DNA of 64,000 bases, taken from sequence record PP526765. One strand, given 5' to 3'. The position numbers were made by a program, and so were the translations under genes. Shown here in pieces: positions 28,496 to 34,732 of this stretch (the first letter of the stretch is position 1; each line of letters opens with the position of its first letter). The stretch is from Escherichia phage HK3. The notes beneath the pieces were generated by a model. It made no database searches. It had not been told where the DNA came from and saw nothing but the letters and a program-made list of their open reading frames with translations.

Positions 28496-28887
28496 AGATA
28501 ATCCTCTTGTCTTCTGTAATTTTGAAAGAACAGGTACAGACCAATTTCAGAGGATGAATAGTAGAGCAACTCTACCCTTTTTGATTCCTTACAGTGATTG
28601 GTATTTTTACCTTTCTTCGGGTTGTTTGATTTTCTCATTAAGTCTCCTTTGTAGAACAAGGCAGACCTACAGCTTTAAGTAAGATGGTACAGTAATCCAT
28701 ACAACAAGTCAAGAACTATTGCAAGTTAAAAAAGTTGTTGACAAAGTACTTGACAAGGTGTAGGCTTATAAATACTTAGAAGATAACTTAAAAGGTTCCT
28801 CTAAAAAGGCTATTTAAACAGATATCTTTCTGGATATCTATCTTTTATCTTAAAAGCCTTTTAAGAGGTCTTATAAGAGGCATACCA

Positions 28888-29259
28888 ATGAAAAACAGAA
28901 CAAACAAAGGCCAGTTTAAAAAAGGCCAGTCTGGAAACCCATCTGGAAGACCAAAAGGCTCTCGTAACAAAAGCTCACTTGTAAAAGCTCAACTGACCAT
29001 TGATAATTCTGCTGAGTTCGCTGCAAAGCTGTTTGAGGCGATTGTTACAAGGGACGCGGCTAAGCTTGCAGAGTTCGGTTTGACGACTGACGATGTAAAC
29101 CTGAAGTCAATGATGGAAGCTGGTAAAACTATCATGACCCACTCAGCAGGTGAGATGAAAGCCATTGCAGCAGACACTAAGAAGACTCCTGATAATGGTG
29201 GTCAACAACAGACAGATAACAAACCAACGTTCTCTGCTGTAGCGACTCTCAAAAAATAA
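28888..29259 (+). CDS. hypothetical protein with N-terminal basic motif KKGQSGNPSGRPKGSRN
   Basis: ORF track; function not assigned. Confidence 0.5.
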   Translation: MKNRTNKGQFKKGQSGNPSGRPKGSRNKSSLVKAQLTIDNSAEFAAKLFEAIVTRDAAKLAEFGLTTDDVNLKSMMEAGKTIMTHSAGEMKAIAADTKKTPDNGGQQQTDNKPTFSAVATLKK

Positions 29260-29272
29260 TTTTAAAAGGTGT

Positions 29273-29302
29273 TGACAGACTCTACAAAGTTGCTCTAAAG
29301 TC
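29273..29302 (+). promoter_or_regulatory. promoter TTGACA-N18-TAAAGT bracketed by inverted repeat GACAGACT / AGTCTGTC (candidate operator)
   Basis: read directly upstream of the vWA-domain gene. Confidence 0.45.
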
Positions 29303-29338
29303 TGTCACATCAAACAAAATGAGAGAAGAGAGTAAAAT

Positions 29339-30754
29339 ATGAGCAAGTTATTTAAACATGCGCACCTTCATGCAGGTCGAACTGAAAATGGTGCTGTAAA
29401 CCATACTTCATCAATGTCTGCTCTGGTAGACTTCTACAAAGCCGCTGGTTCAAGCCGTAGCAATGTAGAAATCTTACCAGACCTGTTCTACAAAGCTTTG
29501 CGTGAGGATGTTGATGTTGCAGTTCGTATTTTACTGCATATGCGAGATGTACGAGAAGGTATGGGCGAGCGTAAAGCTTTCCGAACTGTTTTGCTTCAAG
29601 CGATTGAAGATAAGGTTTTAGAACCTACACAGGTTCTTCGCATTATGGATAAGATTGCAGAACTTGGTCGTTTTGATGACTTCAAAATCTTTGTAGGTAC
29701 TCGTTTTGAGACAGACGCCTTCAAACATTTAGAAGCAGCATTACTAGACCCTGCAACAGCAGGTTTAGCAGCTAAGTGGTTGCCACGAGTAAAACCACGC
29801 CACAAACAGTTTGTAAAACGTTTCTGCAAGTTTGCAAACTTAAGTGAGAAGGAGTATCGCACACTGTTGTCTGCACTATCTGATACGGTTGAGCAAAAAA
29901 TCTCTGCTAATGAGTTTGGTAAGATTGACTACAGCAAGATTCCTTCACTAGCTGCTGCACGTTACCAAAAACTCTTTAACCGTAAAGATGGTGAACGTTA
30001 CAAAGCTTACATCGAGTCGCTCTCAAAGGGTGAGGCTAAGATTAATGCTGGTGCTGTTTACCCATACGATGTGATTAAATCTATTAAGTATGGTAATGCA
30101 GATGTTGCTAATGAGCAGTGGAAAGCACTTCCAAACTGGATGGCAGAAGGTGAAAACATCTTGTGTATGACTGATGTTTCAAGCTCAATGTCTTGGGTGA
30201 ATCTTGGTTCAATCACTGCCCTTGATATTGGTGTATCACTTGCTTTGTATGTAGCAGAACGCAATACTGGTTGCTTTAAAGATGAGTTAATGGTTTACTC
30301 AACAAACCCTCACTTCATTGAACTGAGTGGTGATTTACGAAACCGTCATCGTCAGGTGATGCGTCACGTTGAATATGGCTCAACTAACTTACAAGCAGCT
30401 TTTGACCGTATTCTTGAAATAGGTAAGAGAAACAACTTGACTCAGAAAGATATGCCAAGTAAGCTTATTATCTTCTCTGATATGGAGTTTAATCAGGTTG
30501 ATGGTGCAAATGGTCATACAAACTTTGAAGCAATTCAGAGTAAGTACAAAAAAGCCGGATACGAAATGCCACAACTAGTATTCTGGTACTTAGCAAACCG
30601 TAATGGTACTTGCGAAGTATCTGTTAAGGATAATGGTGTAGCAATGGTATCAGGGTTCTCTCCAGCCACTTTAAAAGCTCTACTTGGTGGTGAGAAGTTT
30701 GACCCAATCAGCGTAATGCTCAAAGCAGTAATGATTGACCGTTATATCTGGTAA
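29339..30754 (+). CDS. vWA-domain protein with MIDAS motif; candidate Ro60/TROVE-like (Rsr-like) RNA-binding protein
   Basis: C-terminal vWA signature ILCMTDVSSSMS (DxSxS); about 470 aa with helical N-terminal region; sits directly upstream of the tRNA/ncRNA cluster; TROVE assignment is inference. Confidence 0.4.
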   Translation: MSKLFKHAHLHAGRTENGAVNHTSSMSALVDFYKAAGSSRSNVEILPDLFYKALREDVDVAVRILLHMRDVREGMGERKAFRTVLLQAIEDKVLEPTQVLRIMDKIAELGRFDDFKIFVGTRFETDAFKHLEAALLDPATAGLAAKWLPRVKPRHKQFVKRFCKFANLSEKEYRTLLSALSDTVEQKISANEFGKIDYSKIPSLAAARYQKLFNRKDGERYKAYIESLSKGEAKINAGAVYPYDVIKSIKYGNADVANEQWKALPNWMAEGENILCMTDVSSSMSWVNLGSITALDIGVSLALYVAERNTGCFKDELMVYSTNPHFIELSGDLRNRHRQVMRHVEYGSTNLQAAFDRILEIGKRNNLTQKDMPSKLIIFSDMEFNQVDGANGHTNFEAIQSKYKKAGYEMPQLVFWYLANRNGTCEVSVKDNGVAMVSGFSPATLKALLGGEKFDPISVMLKAVMIDRYIW

Positions 30755-30772
30755 AAAGTTTTAAAAAGGGTA

Positions 30773-30801
30773 TTGACAATGTGTTTGATACCCTTTAATA
30801 T
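30773..30801 (+). promoter_or_regulatory. promoter TTGACA-N17-TAATAT with flanking inverted repeat GGGTAT / ATACCC
   Basis: read directly. Confidence 0.5.
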
Positions 30802-30863
30802 GTTCTACATAGAAACGAGATGAGAGCTTTTCTAAGATACTGAAAAATATTTTAAAAAAGTTC

Positions 30864-30893
30864 TTGACAACCACTAAAAAATAATGTTAAAGT
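30864..30893 (+). promoter_or_regulatory. promoter TTGACA-N18-TAAAGT for the tRNA cluster
   Basis: about 25 nt upstream of the first tRNA; flanking inverted repeat ACCACT / AGTGGT. Confidence 0.45.
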
Positions 30894-30919
30894 GGTTACA
30901 TAGAGTTTGAAAAGTTTAT

Positions 30920-30996
30920 CTCTGTTTAGCTCAGCTTGGTAGAGCGTTCCGTTTGGGGCGGTAAGGCCGGAGGTTCAAGTCCTCCAACAGAGACCA
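30920..30996 (+). tRNA. tRNA-Pro (anticodon UGG)
   Basis: 7-bp acceptor CTCTGTT/AACAGAG, D-stem GCTC/GAGC, T-arm GGAGG-TTCAAGT-CCTCC, encoded CCA. Confidence 0.6.
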
Positions 30997-31003
30997 AATT
31001 AAT

Positions 31004-31081
31004 GTTCCAGTAGACAAAATGGTATAGTCACCACTCTTTCAAAGTGGATATTTGAGGGTTCAAATCCCTTCTGGAACGCCA
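31004..31081 (+). tRNA. tRNA-Glu (anticodon UUC)
   Basis: perfect acceptor GTTCCAG/CTGGAAC, anticodon stem CCACT/AGTGG, loop CTTTCAA, T-loop TTCAAAT, CCA. Confidence 0.6.
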
Positions 31082-31087
31082 GTTTTG

Positions 31088-31162
31088 ACAGAAGACCAAT
31101 TACAGCAAACTTAATCTTATTCATCTGAAGGTAAATCGGACAAAGAAGAGATTTGGTCTGGT
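31088..31162 (+). ncRNA. structured spacer element a (conserved 5' CAGAAGACCAATTACAGCAA, 3' TTGGTCTGG)
   Basis: 7-bp long-range stem AGACCAA/TTGGTCT; one of four sibling elements. Confidence 0.45.
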
Positions 31163-31172
31163 CATTAAGAAT

Positions 31173-31249
31173 TGCGGGTATAGAGAAAGGGCGTCTCACA
31201 TGTCTCATTAGCATGGTATCGGCAGGTTCGACTCCTGCACCCGCCTCCA
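31173..31249 (+). tRNA. tRNA with CAU anticodon (elongator Met or Ile-lysidine type)
   Basis: loop CTCATTA, D-stem GAGA/TCTC, T-arm GCAGG-TTCGACT-CCTGC, CCA; mismatch at acceptor pair 1:72. Confidence 0.5.
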
Positions 31250-31255
31250 AATTTA

Positions 31256-31320
31256 CAGAAGACCGTTTACAGCAATATTTATTAAATTTTTAGCGGAAAA
31301 ATTGAAAGATACGGTCTGGT
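31256..31320 (+). ncRNA. structured spacer element b (5' CAGAAGACCGTTTACAGCAA, 3' ACGGTCTGG)
   Basis: stem AGACCGT/ACGGTCT; GT/AC replaces the AA/TT of elements a and c. Confidence 0.45.
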
Positions 31321-31333
31321 AATACTAAACATG

Positions 31334-31410
31334 GTTAGGAAGCACATAAGGTATGTGCGGTCGCCTGTTAAGCGAATGGCACAGGGTTCGAATCCCTGAC
31401 TAACCGCCAA
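31334..31410 (+). tRNA. tRNA-Asn (anticodon GUU)
   Basis: D-stem GCAC/GTGC, loop CTGTTAA, T-arm CAGGG-TTCGAAT-CCCTG, CCA. Confidence 0.55.
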
Positions 31411-31481
31411 ATTTAGGAGAGAAGCGATTGCTCACCGATTTGTAAGGTGCAAGTCCTTAGCCTGAATAGAATAATAAAATG

Positions 31482-31569
31482 TGTCGTTATCCCGTAGATG
31501 GTAGCGGTGGGGACTGTAAATCCCTTGTCATTGAGACTCGGTAGGTTCGACTCCTACACGGCACACCAA
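31482..31569 (+). tRNA. tRNA-Tyr (anticodon GUA), long variable arm
   Basis: acceptor GTGTCGT/ACGGCAC, anticodon stem GGGGA/TCCCT, loop CTGTAAA, 88 nt, T-loop TTCGACT, CCA. Confidence 0.6.
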
Positions 31570-31630
31570 TTTTGAGAGGGCTATTTAGCCCCTCCCTTAA
31601 AGAGTTCTTACGAGTACCCTTTAAAGGAGC

Positions 31631-31704
31631 AGAAGACCAAATACAGCAAGTTACTTAAAATTTCAAGCCAATTCAATTTTGAAAAATTTAAAACTTGGTC
31701 TGGC
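31631..31704 (+). ncRNA. structured spacer element c (5' CAGAAGACCAAATACAGCAA, 3' TTGGTCTGG)
   Basis: stem AGACCAA/TTGGTCT. Confidence 0.45.
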
Positions 31705-31717
31705 TCAACAAATTTAC

Positions 31718-31848
31718 AGAAGACCGTTTACAGCAAAACTTAAACAATCTATTTCTCGGTAAAGAAAAGGTGAAGGTTCGATTCCTTCACTCGGCAGATG
31801 TCGAGTTGGTGTAATGGTAGCACTTAAGATGATAAACAACGGTCTGGT
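31718..31848 (+). ncRNA. structured element d with circularly permuted tRNA-like module (candidate YrlA-like Y RNA)
   Basis: order: 5' stem strand AGACCGT (31722) - T-arm GAAGG-TTCGATT-CCTTC (31773-31789) - acceptor-like hairpin ACTCGGC-AGAT-GTCGAGT (31790-31807) - D-arm GTGT-AATGGTA-GCAC (31810-31824) - 3' stem strand ACGGTCT (31840-31846). Confidence 0.5.
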
Positions 31849-31849
31849 A

Positions 31850-31985
31850 ATTATCTTTGCAGTAGCTTATGTGGCTAATTATATCGTCCCATGAGTGCCG
31901 ATGAATTTCCTTAGCATGATTCTAGATTAGCTTAATAGGAAATGACTCTACAGACCCTTTAGCAAGGTCTGCGTAGGTTACTGCA
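31850..31985 (+). ncRNA. element enclosed by a perfect 16-bp inverted repeat (AATTATCTTTGCAGTA ... TACTGCAAAGATAATT) around 104 nt
   Basis: arms at 31850-31865 and 31970-31985; interior has further hairpins (AGACC...GGTCT); no ORF. Confidence 0.5.
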
Positions 31986-31999
31986 AAGATAATTTAATA

Positions 32000-32075
32000 G
32001 AAGTGTAGCAGAATGGTGATGCGGCAGACTTTTAATCTGATAGGTGATGGGTTCGAATCCCTCCACTTCTACCAA
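32000..32075 (+). tRNA. tRNA-Lys (anticodon UUU)
   Basis: perfect acceptor AGAAGTG/CACTTCT, loop CTTTTAA, T-loop TTCGAAT, CCA; T-stem only 3 clean pairs. Confidence 0.5.
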
Positions 32076-32079
32076 TATG

Positions 32080-32156
32080 GTTCAGTCGCAGATAAGGTAA
32101 TGCAGGGGTCTCATAAGCCCTATGAATGTGGGTTCGATTCCCATCTGAGCCTCCAA
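32080..32156 (+). tRNA. initiator-like tRNA-fMet (anticodon CAU)
   Basis: anticodon stem-loop GGGCTCATAACCC with three G:C pairs closing the loop; T-arm GTGGG-TTCGATT-CCCAT; CCA. Confidence 0.55.
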
Positions 32157-32158
32157 TG

Positions 32159-32234
32159 CTGTGAAAGCACATATGGATGTGCATTCGGCTGATAACCGAA
32201 AGGAAGAAGGTTCGAATCCTTCTCACAGTACCAA
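32159..32234 (+). tRNA. tRNA-Ile (anticodon GAU)
   Basis: D-stem GCAC/GTGC, anticodon stem TTCGG/CCGAA, loop CTGATAA, T-arm GAAGG-TTCGAAT-CCTTC, CCA. Confidence 0.65.
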
Positions 32235-32249
32235 TTTCAATAAAGTTGT

Positions 32250-32278
32250 TGACATTGAGATGTGACCACTTTATAGTA
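32250..32278 (+). promoter_or_regulatory. internal promoter TTGACA-N17-TATAGT inside the tRNA cluster
   Basis: read directly. Confidence 0.55.
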
Positions 32279-32481
32279 ACCTTAGTTTTCGTTGCGTAGC
32301 GTCTATTTTGCAAATTTAAAATAAATGCAAACGACAATGTTTTTCTGGCAGTAGCTTGATAGGCTAAACACCAGTGAGGTCTTCCAATCCCTCATCAAAG
32401 AATTTGGCGTACTAGCCCACGGTATGATTAATAAGGTGGGCATCTTTAAGGGTTTTTTAAGAGAGTCTTTAAAGATTAATG

Positions 32482-32558
32482 CACCCTTAGTTCAACTGGA
32501 CAGAACAAATGACTTCTAATCATTAGGTTACAGGTTCGAATCCTGTAGGGTGTGCCAA
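32482..32558 (+). tRNA. tRNA-Arg (anticodon UCU)
   Basis: D-stem GTTC/GAAC, anticodon stem AATGA/TCATT, loop CTTCTAA, T-arm ACAGG-TTCGAAT-CCTGT, CCA. Confidence 0.65.
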
Positions 32559-32700
32559 ATAGTTAGCAGATTGCTTAGACGACCTTATCGGGTCTCCGTG
32601 TAGGGAGGTGGTCTGTATCTCATGTTTTCCAGAACATGTAAATAATCTGAGAAGGGGCTTTACAGTGTTGAGATAATACGGTAAGCTTCGAATTATAGTA

Positions 32701-32783
32701 TGGGACGATGTTAAGACTCTAAGGCATGAGCAACGGCTTCCAACACCGTTTCAAAGGGATTCAACTCCTCCGTCCCATGCCAA
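32701..32783 (+). tRNA. atypical tRNA-like gene (possible anticodon CCA, Trp); irregular D and T arms
   Basis: perfect 7-bp acceptor ATGGGAC/GTCCCAT plus G-CCA, but T-stem has only 3 clean pairs and the D-region is 26 nt. Confidence 0.35.
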
Positions 32784-32796
32784 AGTCTTATTAGGG

Positions 32797-32886
32797 GTAG
32801 GTAGCGGCTAATGGTAGCCAAACTGTCTTGAAAACAGTTGCCACTGTAGAGATACGGTGAGGGTTCGACTCCTTTACTTACCGCCT
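32797..32886 (+). tRNA. tRNA-Ser (anticodon UGA), long variable arm
   Basis: anticodon stem ACTGT/ACAGT, loop CTTGAAA, 20-nt variable arm, T-loop TTCGACT; CCA not fully encoded. Confidence 0.55.
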
Positions 32887-33040
32887 AATAAGATTTAAAG
32901 CCAAGCTTCATTCGGATGTTGCTTTGGTATCCCTCGTGTATTGTCGTACACACTGATAAAGCACCTAGTAGGTGTCACGGAGAAGAGATAATATCAAGCT
33001 CTCCAAAGGTTCTAGTCACCGGATTAAACAAGACTATGCA

Positions 33041-33063
33041 AAGACCTGTTTAGGTCTTTTTAG
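33041..33063 (+). terminator. short hairpin AAGACC-TGTTTA-GGTCTT followed by TTTTT inside the tRNA cluster
   Basis: read directly; may instead be a processing signal. Confidence 0.35.
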
Positions 33064-33141
33064 AGGGCTTCTAAGGTTATTACAGCTTGTTGTGGAACCT
33101 TGTTGCTTAGGTTCTTAGAAGTTCTCTAAAAAGATTTAATG

Positions 33142-33218
33142 CACCTATAGCCCAACTGGTAGAGGCAGCAGACTTAGAATCTGCTCAGTGTGAGTTCGAA
33201 TCTCTCTAGGTGTACCAA
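33142..33218 (+). tRNA. tRNA with anticodon UAG (Leu by anticodon; short variable arm)
   Basis: 6-bp anticodon stem AGCAGA/TCTGCT, loop CTTAGAA, T-loop TTCGAAT, CCA; 77 nt. Confidence 0.45.
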
Positions 33219-33225
33219 ATTAATG

Positions 33226-33301
33226 CAGGTGTAGCAAAATGGTTATGCGGCTGACTCTTAATCAGTAAGACGATGGTTTCAATTCCCTCCACCTGTACCA
33301 G
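33226..33301 (+). tRNA. tRNA-Lys (anticodon CUU)
   Basis: loop CTCTTAA; T-arm paralogous to the Lys-UUU gene; CCA. Confidence 0.45.
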
Positions 33302-33307
33302 ACATTG

Positions 33308-33383
33308 GGGATGTAGTTTACATGGTTAAAACATAAGTTTTGCAAACTTAAGTACAGGGTTCAATTCCCTGCTTCTCCACCAA
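33308..33383 (+). tRNA. tRNA-Ala (anticodon UGC)
   Basis: G3:U70 pair in acceptor stem (Ala identity), D-stem GTTT/AAAC, anticodon stem TAAGT/ACTTA, loop TTTGCAA, CCA. Confidence 0.7.
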
Positions 33384-33389
33384 TTAGTG

Positions 33390-33464
33390 CATCCATAGTT
33401 TAAACGGGAAAATTACAGTCTTCCAAACTGAGGTTGAGGGTTCGATTCCCTCTGGATGCTCCAA
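33390..33464 (+). tRNA. tRNA-Gly (anticodon UCC)
   Basis: perfect acceptor GCATCCA/TGGATGC, loop CTTCCAA, T-arm GAGGG-TTCGATT-CCCTC, CCA. Confidence 0.65.
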
Positions 33465-33470
33465 ATAATG

Positions 33471-33547
33471 CTGCTTTCGTATAATTGGCTATTACACATC
33501 CCTTGTAAGGATGGAAATGCAGGTTCGAGTCCTGTGAGCAGCACCAA
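33471..33547 (+). tRNA. tRNA-Thr (anticodon UGU)
   Basis: anticodon stem CATCC/GGATG, loop CTTGTAA, T-loop TTCGAGT, CCA. Confidence 0.6.
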
Positions 33548-33551
33548 TTCA

Positions 33552-33637
33552 GAGGTCAAGTGAAAGACCGCTGGTGTCAACTGAAGACCGTAACAAATTC
33601 CACGGAGTTGAGTTAGCGGCACAACTTCAGACCTCTT
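33552..33637 (+). ncRNA. structured spacer element closed by AGAGGTC / GACCTCT stem, containing a GAAGACCGT motif
   Basis: 7-bp inverted termini; interior shares GAAGACCGT with elements a-d. Confidence 0.35.
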
Positions 33638-33642
33638 TCATA

Positions 33643-33717
33643 CTCGCTTAGTTTATATGGTAAAACACCACCCTTACAAGATGAAGAAAAAGGTTCAAGT
33701 CCTTTAGTGAGTACCAT
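33643..33717 (+). tRNA. tRNA-Val (anticodon UAC), weak anticodon stem
   Basis: D-stem GTTT/AAAC, loop CTTACAA, perfect T-arm AAAGG-TTCAAGT-CCTTT, CCA. Confidence 0.4.
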
Positions 33718-33718
33718 G

Positions 33719-33796
33719 TTCCAATATCCCAATTGGCAGAGGATGCAAGCTCAAACCTTGTACTAGTGACGGTTCGAATCCGTCTTGGAACACCAA
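33719..33796 (+). tRNA. tRNA with anticodon CAA (Leu by anticodon; short variable arm)
   Basis: perfect acceptor GTTCCAA/TTGGAAC, anticodon stem GCAAG/CTTGT, loop CTCAAAC, T-arm GACGG-TTCGAAT-CCGTC, CCA. Confidence 0.5.
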
Positions 33797-33910
33797 TTTT
33801 GGGAGAGCACTATGAGTGATAAGTCAATAGCAAAAAAGTTTAGAGCGTCATACCTAAACAGACGTAAAAACAAAGATTGTGAAAAACTGTATGGTGTTCT
33901 TGTAGGTAAG

Positions 33911-33986
33911 CAGGATTAGTTCAAATGGATAGAGCAGCAGTCTACGAAGCTGTTAATAGGGGTTCGAATCCCTTATCCTGCGCCAA
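33911..33986 (+). tRNA. tRNA-Arg (anticodon ACG)
   Basis: perfect acceptor GCAGGAT/ATCCTGC, loop CTACGAA, T-loop TTCGAAT, CCA. Confidence 0.65.
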
Positions 33987-34004
33987 TTTTAAGAGGCTAT
34001 TTAG

Positions 34005-34562
34005 ATGAGATATTTGAAGTATGCTTCATGGATTTTCCTAGCTTTGTTAGACCCATTGGCAGCAACCTTAGCAGTTATCTTAGCACCTTTTGTAGTTCCA
34101 TTCTACAGTGAGAAGAAAGGGCACTTACCTTTCGGCTTCAGATGGATGGAGACATATGACAACCCAATTGATGGTGATAAAGGTCATGTTGAACGATGGG
34201 CTAAGATTAGAAAGATTGGTAAGCTTGGTGTCTATATGCAGAGAGTCGGTTGGCTCTGGAGAAACAAAGCTTATAACTTCTCTTACCATGTGTTAGGAAG
34301 AGATGTAAAAGATGTTACTAAGTGGAAAGGTAATATCAACGTAAGCTCTGACCCTGAAGATAATCAGACAGGTTATCTCCTAATGTGGAACAGTAATGCT
34401 TGGGGATTATTCGCTTTTATCCCATCAATTAAAGTCTTTGGTAAACAATTCTACTGGAGAATTTATATTGGGTGGAAACTAAAAAGTGTTGTCCCAGAAG
34501 AAAGAGCATTCTCAAGGGAAAGAGTTATGTTGGCATTCTTTATTCATCCACTGAGAAAGTAA
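34005..34562 (+). CDS. hydrophobic protein encoded inside the tRNA cluster (185 aa)
   Basis: ORF track; AAGAGG Shine-Dalgarno 9 nt upstream; hydrophobic N-terminal helix. Confidence 0.55.
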   Translation: MRYLKYASWIFLALLDPLAATLAVILAPFVVPFYSEKKGHLPFGFRWMETYDNPIDGDKGHVERWAKIRKIGKLGVYMQRVGWLWRNKAYNFSYHVLGRDVKDVTKWKGNINVSSDPEDNQTGYLLMWNSNAWGLFAFIPSIKVFGKQFYWRIYIGWKLKSVVPEERAFSRERVMLAFFIHPLRK

Positions 34563-34570
34563 AGATTTAA

Positions 34571-34646
34571 AGGGGATTAGTTTACAAGGTTAAAACCTCG
34601 GTCTTTGAAATCGAAGAAGTTGGTTCAATTCCAACATCCCCCGCCA
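34571..34646 (+). tRNA. tRNA-Gln (anticodon UUG)
   Basis: D-stem GTTT/AAAC, anticodon stem TCGGT/ATCGA, loop CTTTGAA, perfect T-arm GTTGG-TTCAATT-CCAAC, CCA; A1:C72 mismatch. Confidence 0.6.
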
Positions 34647-34648
34647 AT

Positions 34649-34727
34649 GCTCCATTACTCCAATTGGCAGAGAGGCCAGACTTAAAATCTGTGTTATGTA
34701 TCGGTTCGAATCCGATATGGAGTACCA
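34649..34727 (+). tRNA. tRNA with anticodon UAA (Leu by anticodon; 7-nt variable region)
   Basis: acceptor GCTCCAT/ATGGAGT, loop CTTAAAA, T-arm ATCGG-TTCGAAT-CCGAT, CCA. Confidence 0.45.
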
Positions 34728-34732
34728 AATTT

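Noticed and set aside
32360-32460. Possible additional tRNA around a TTCCAATCC T-loop-like motif
   Set aside because: No acceptor-stem complementarity or D-arm could be built; the region instead contains simple hairpins (GCCCAC...GTGGGC and ATCTTTAA...TTAAAGAT)
30999-33622. Minus-strand ORFs 30999..31250, 32032..32337 and 33413..33622 in the tRNA region
   Set aside because: Each overlaps two or more well-formed plus-strand tRNA genes; their translations are artefacts of tRNA sequence
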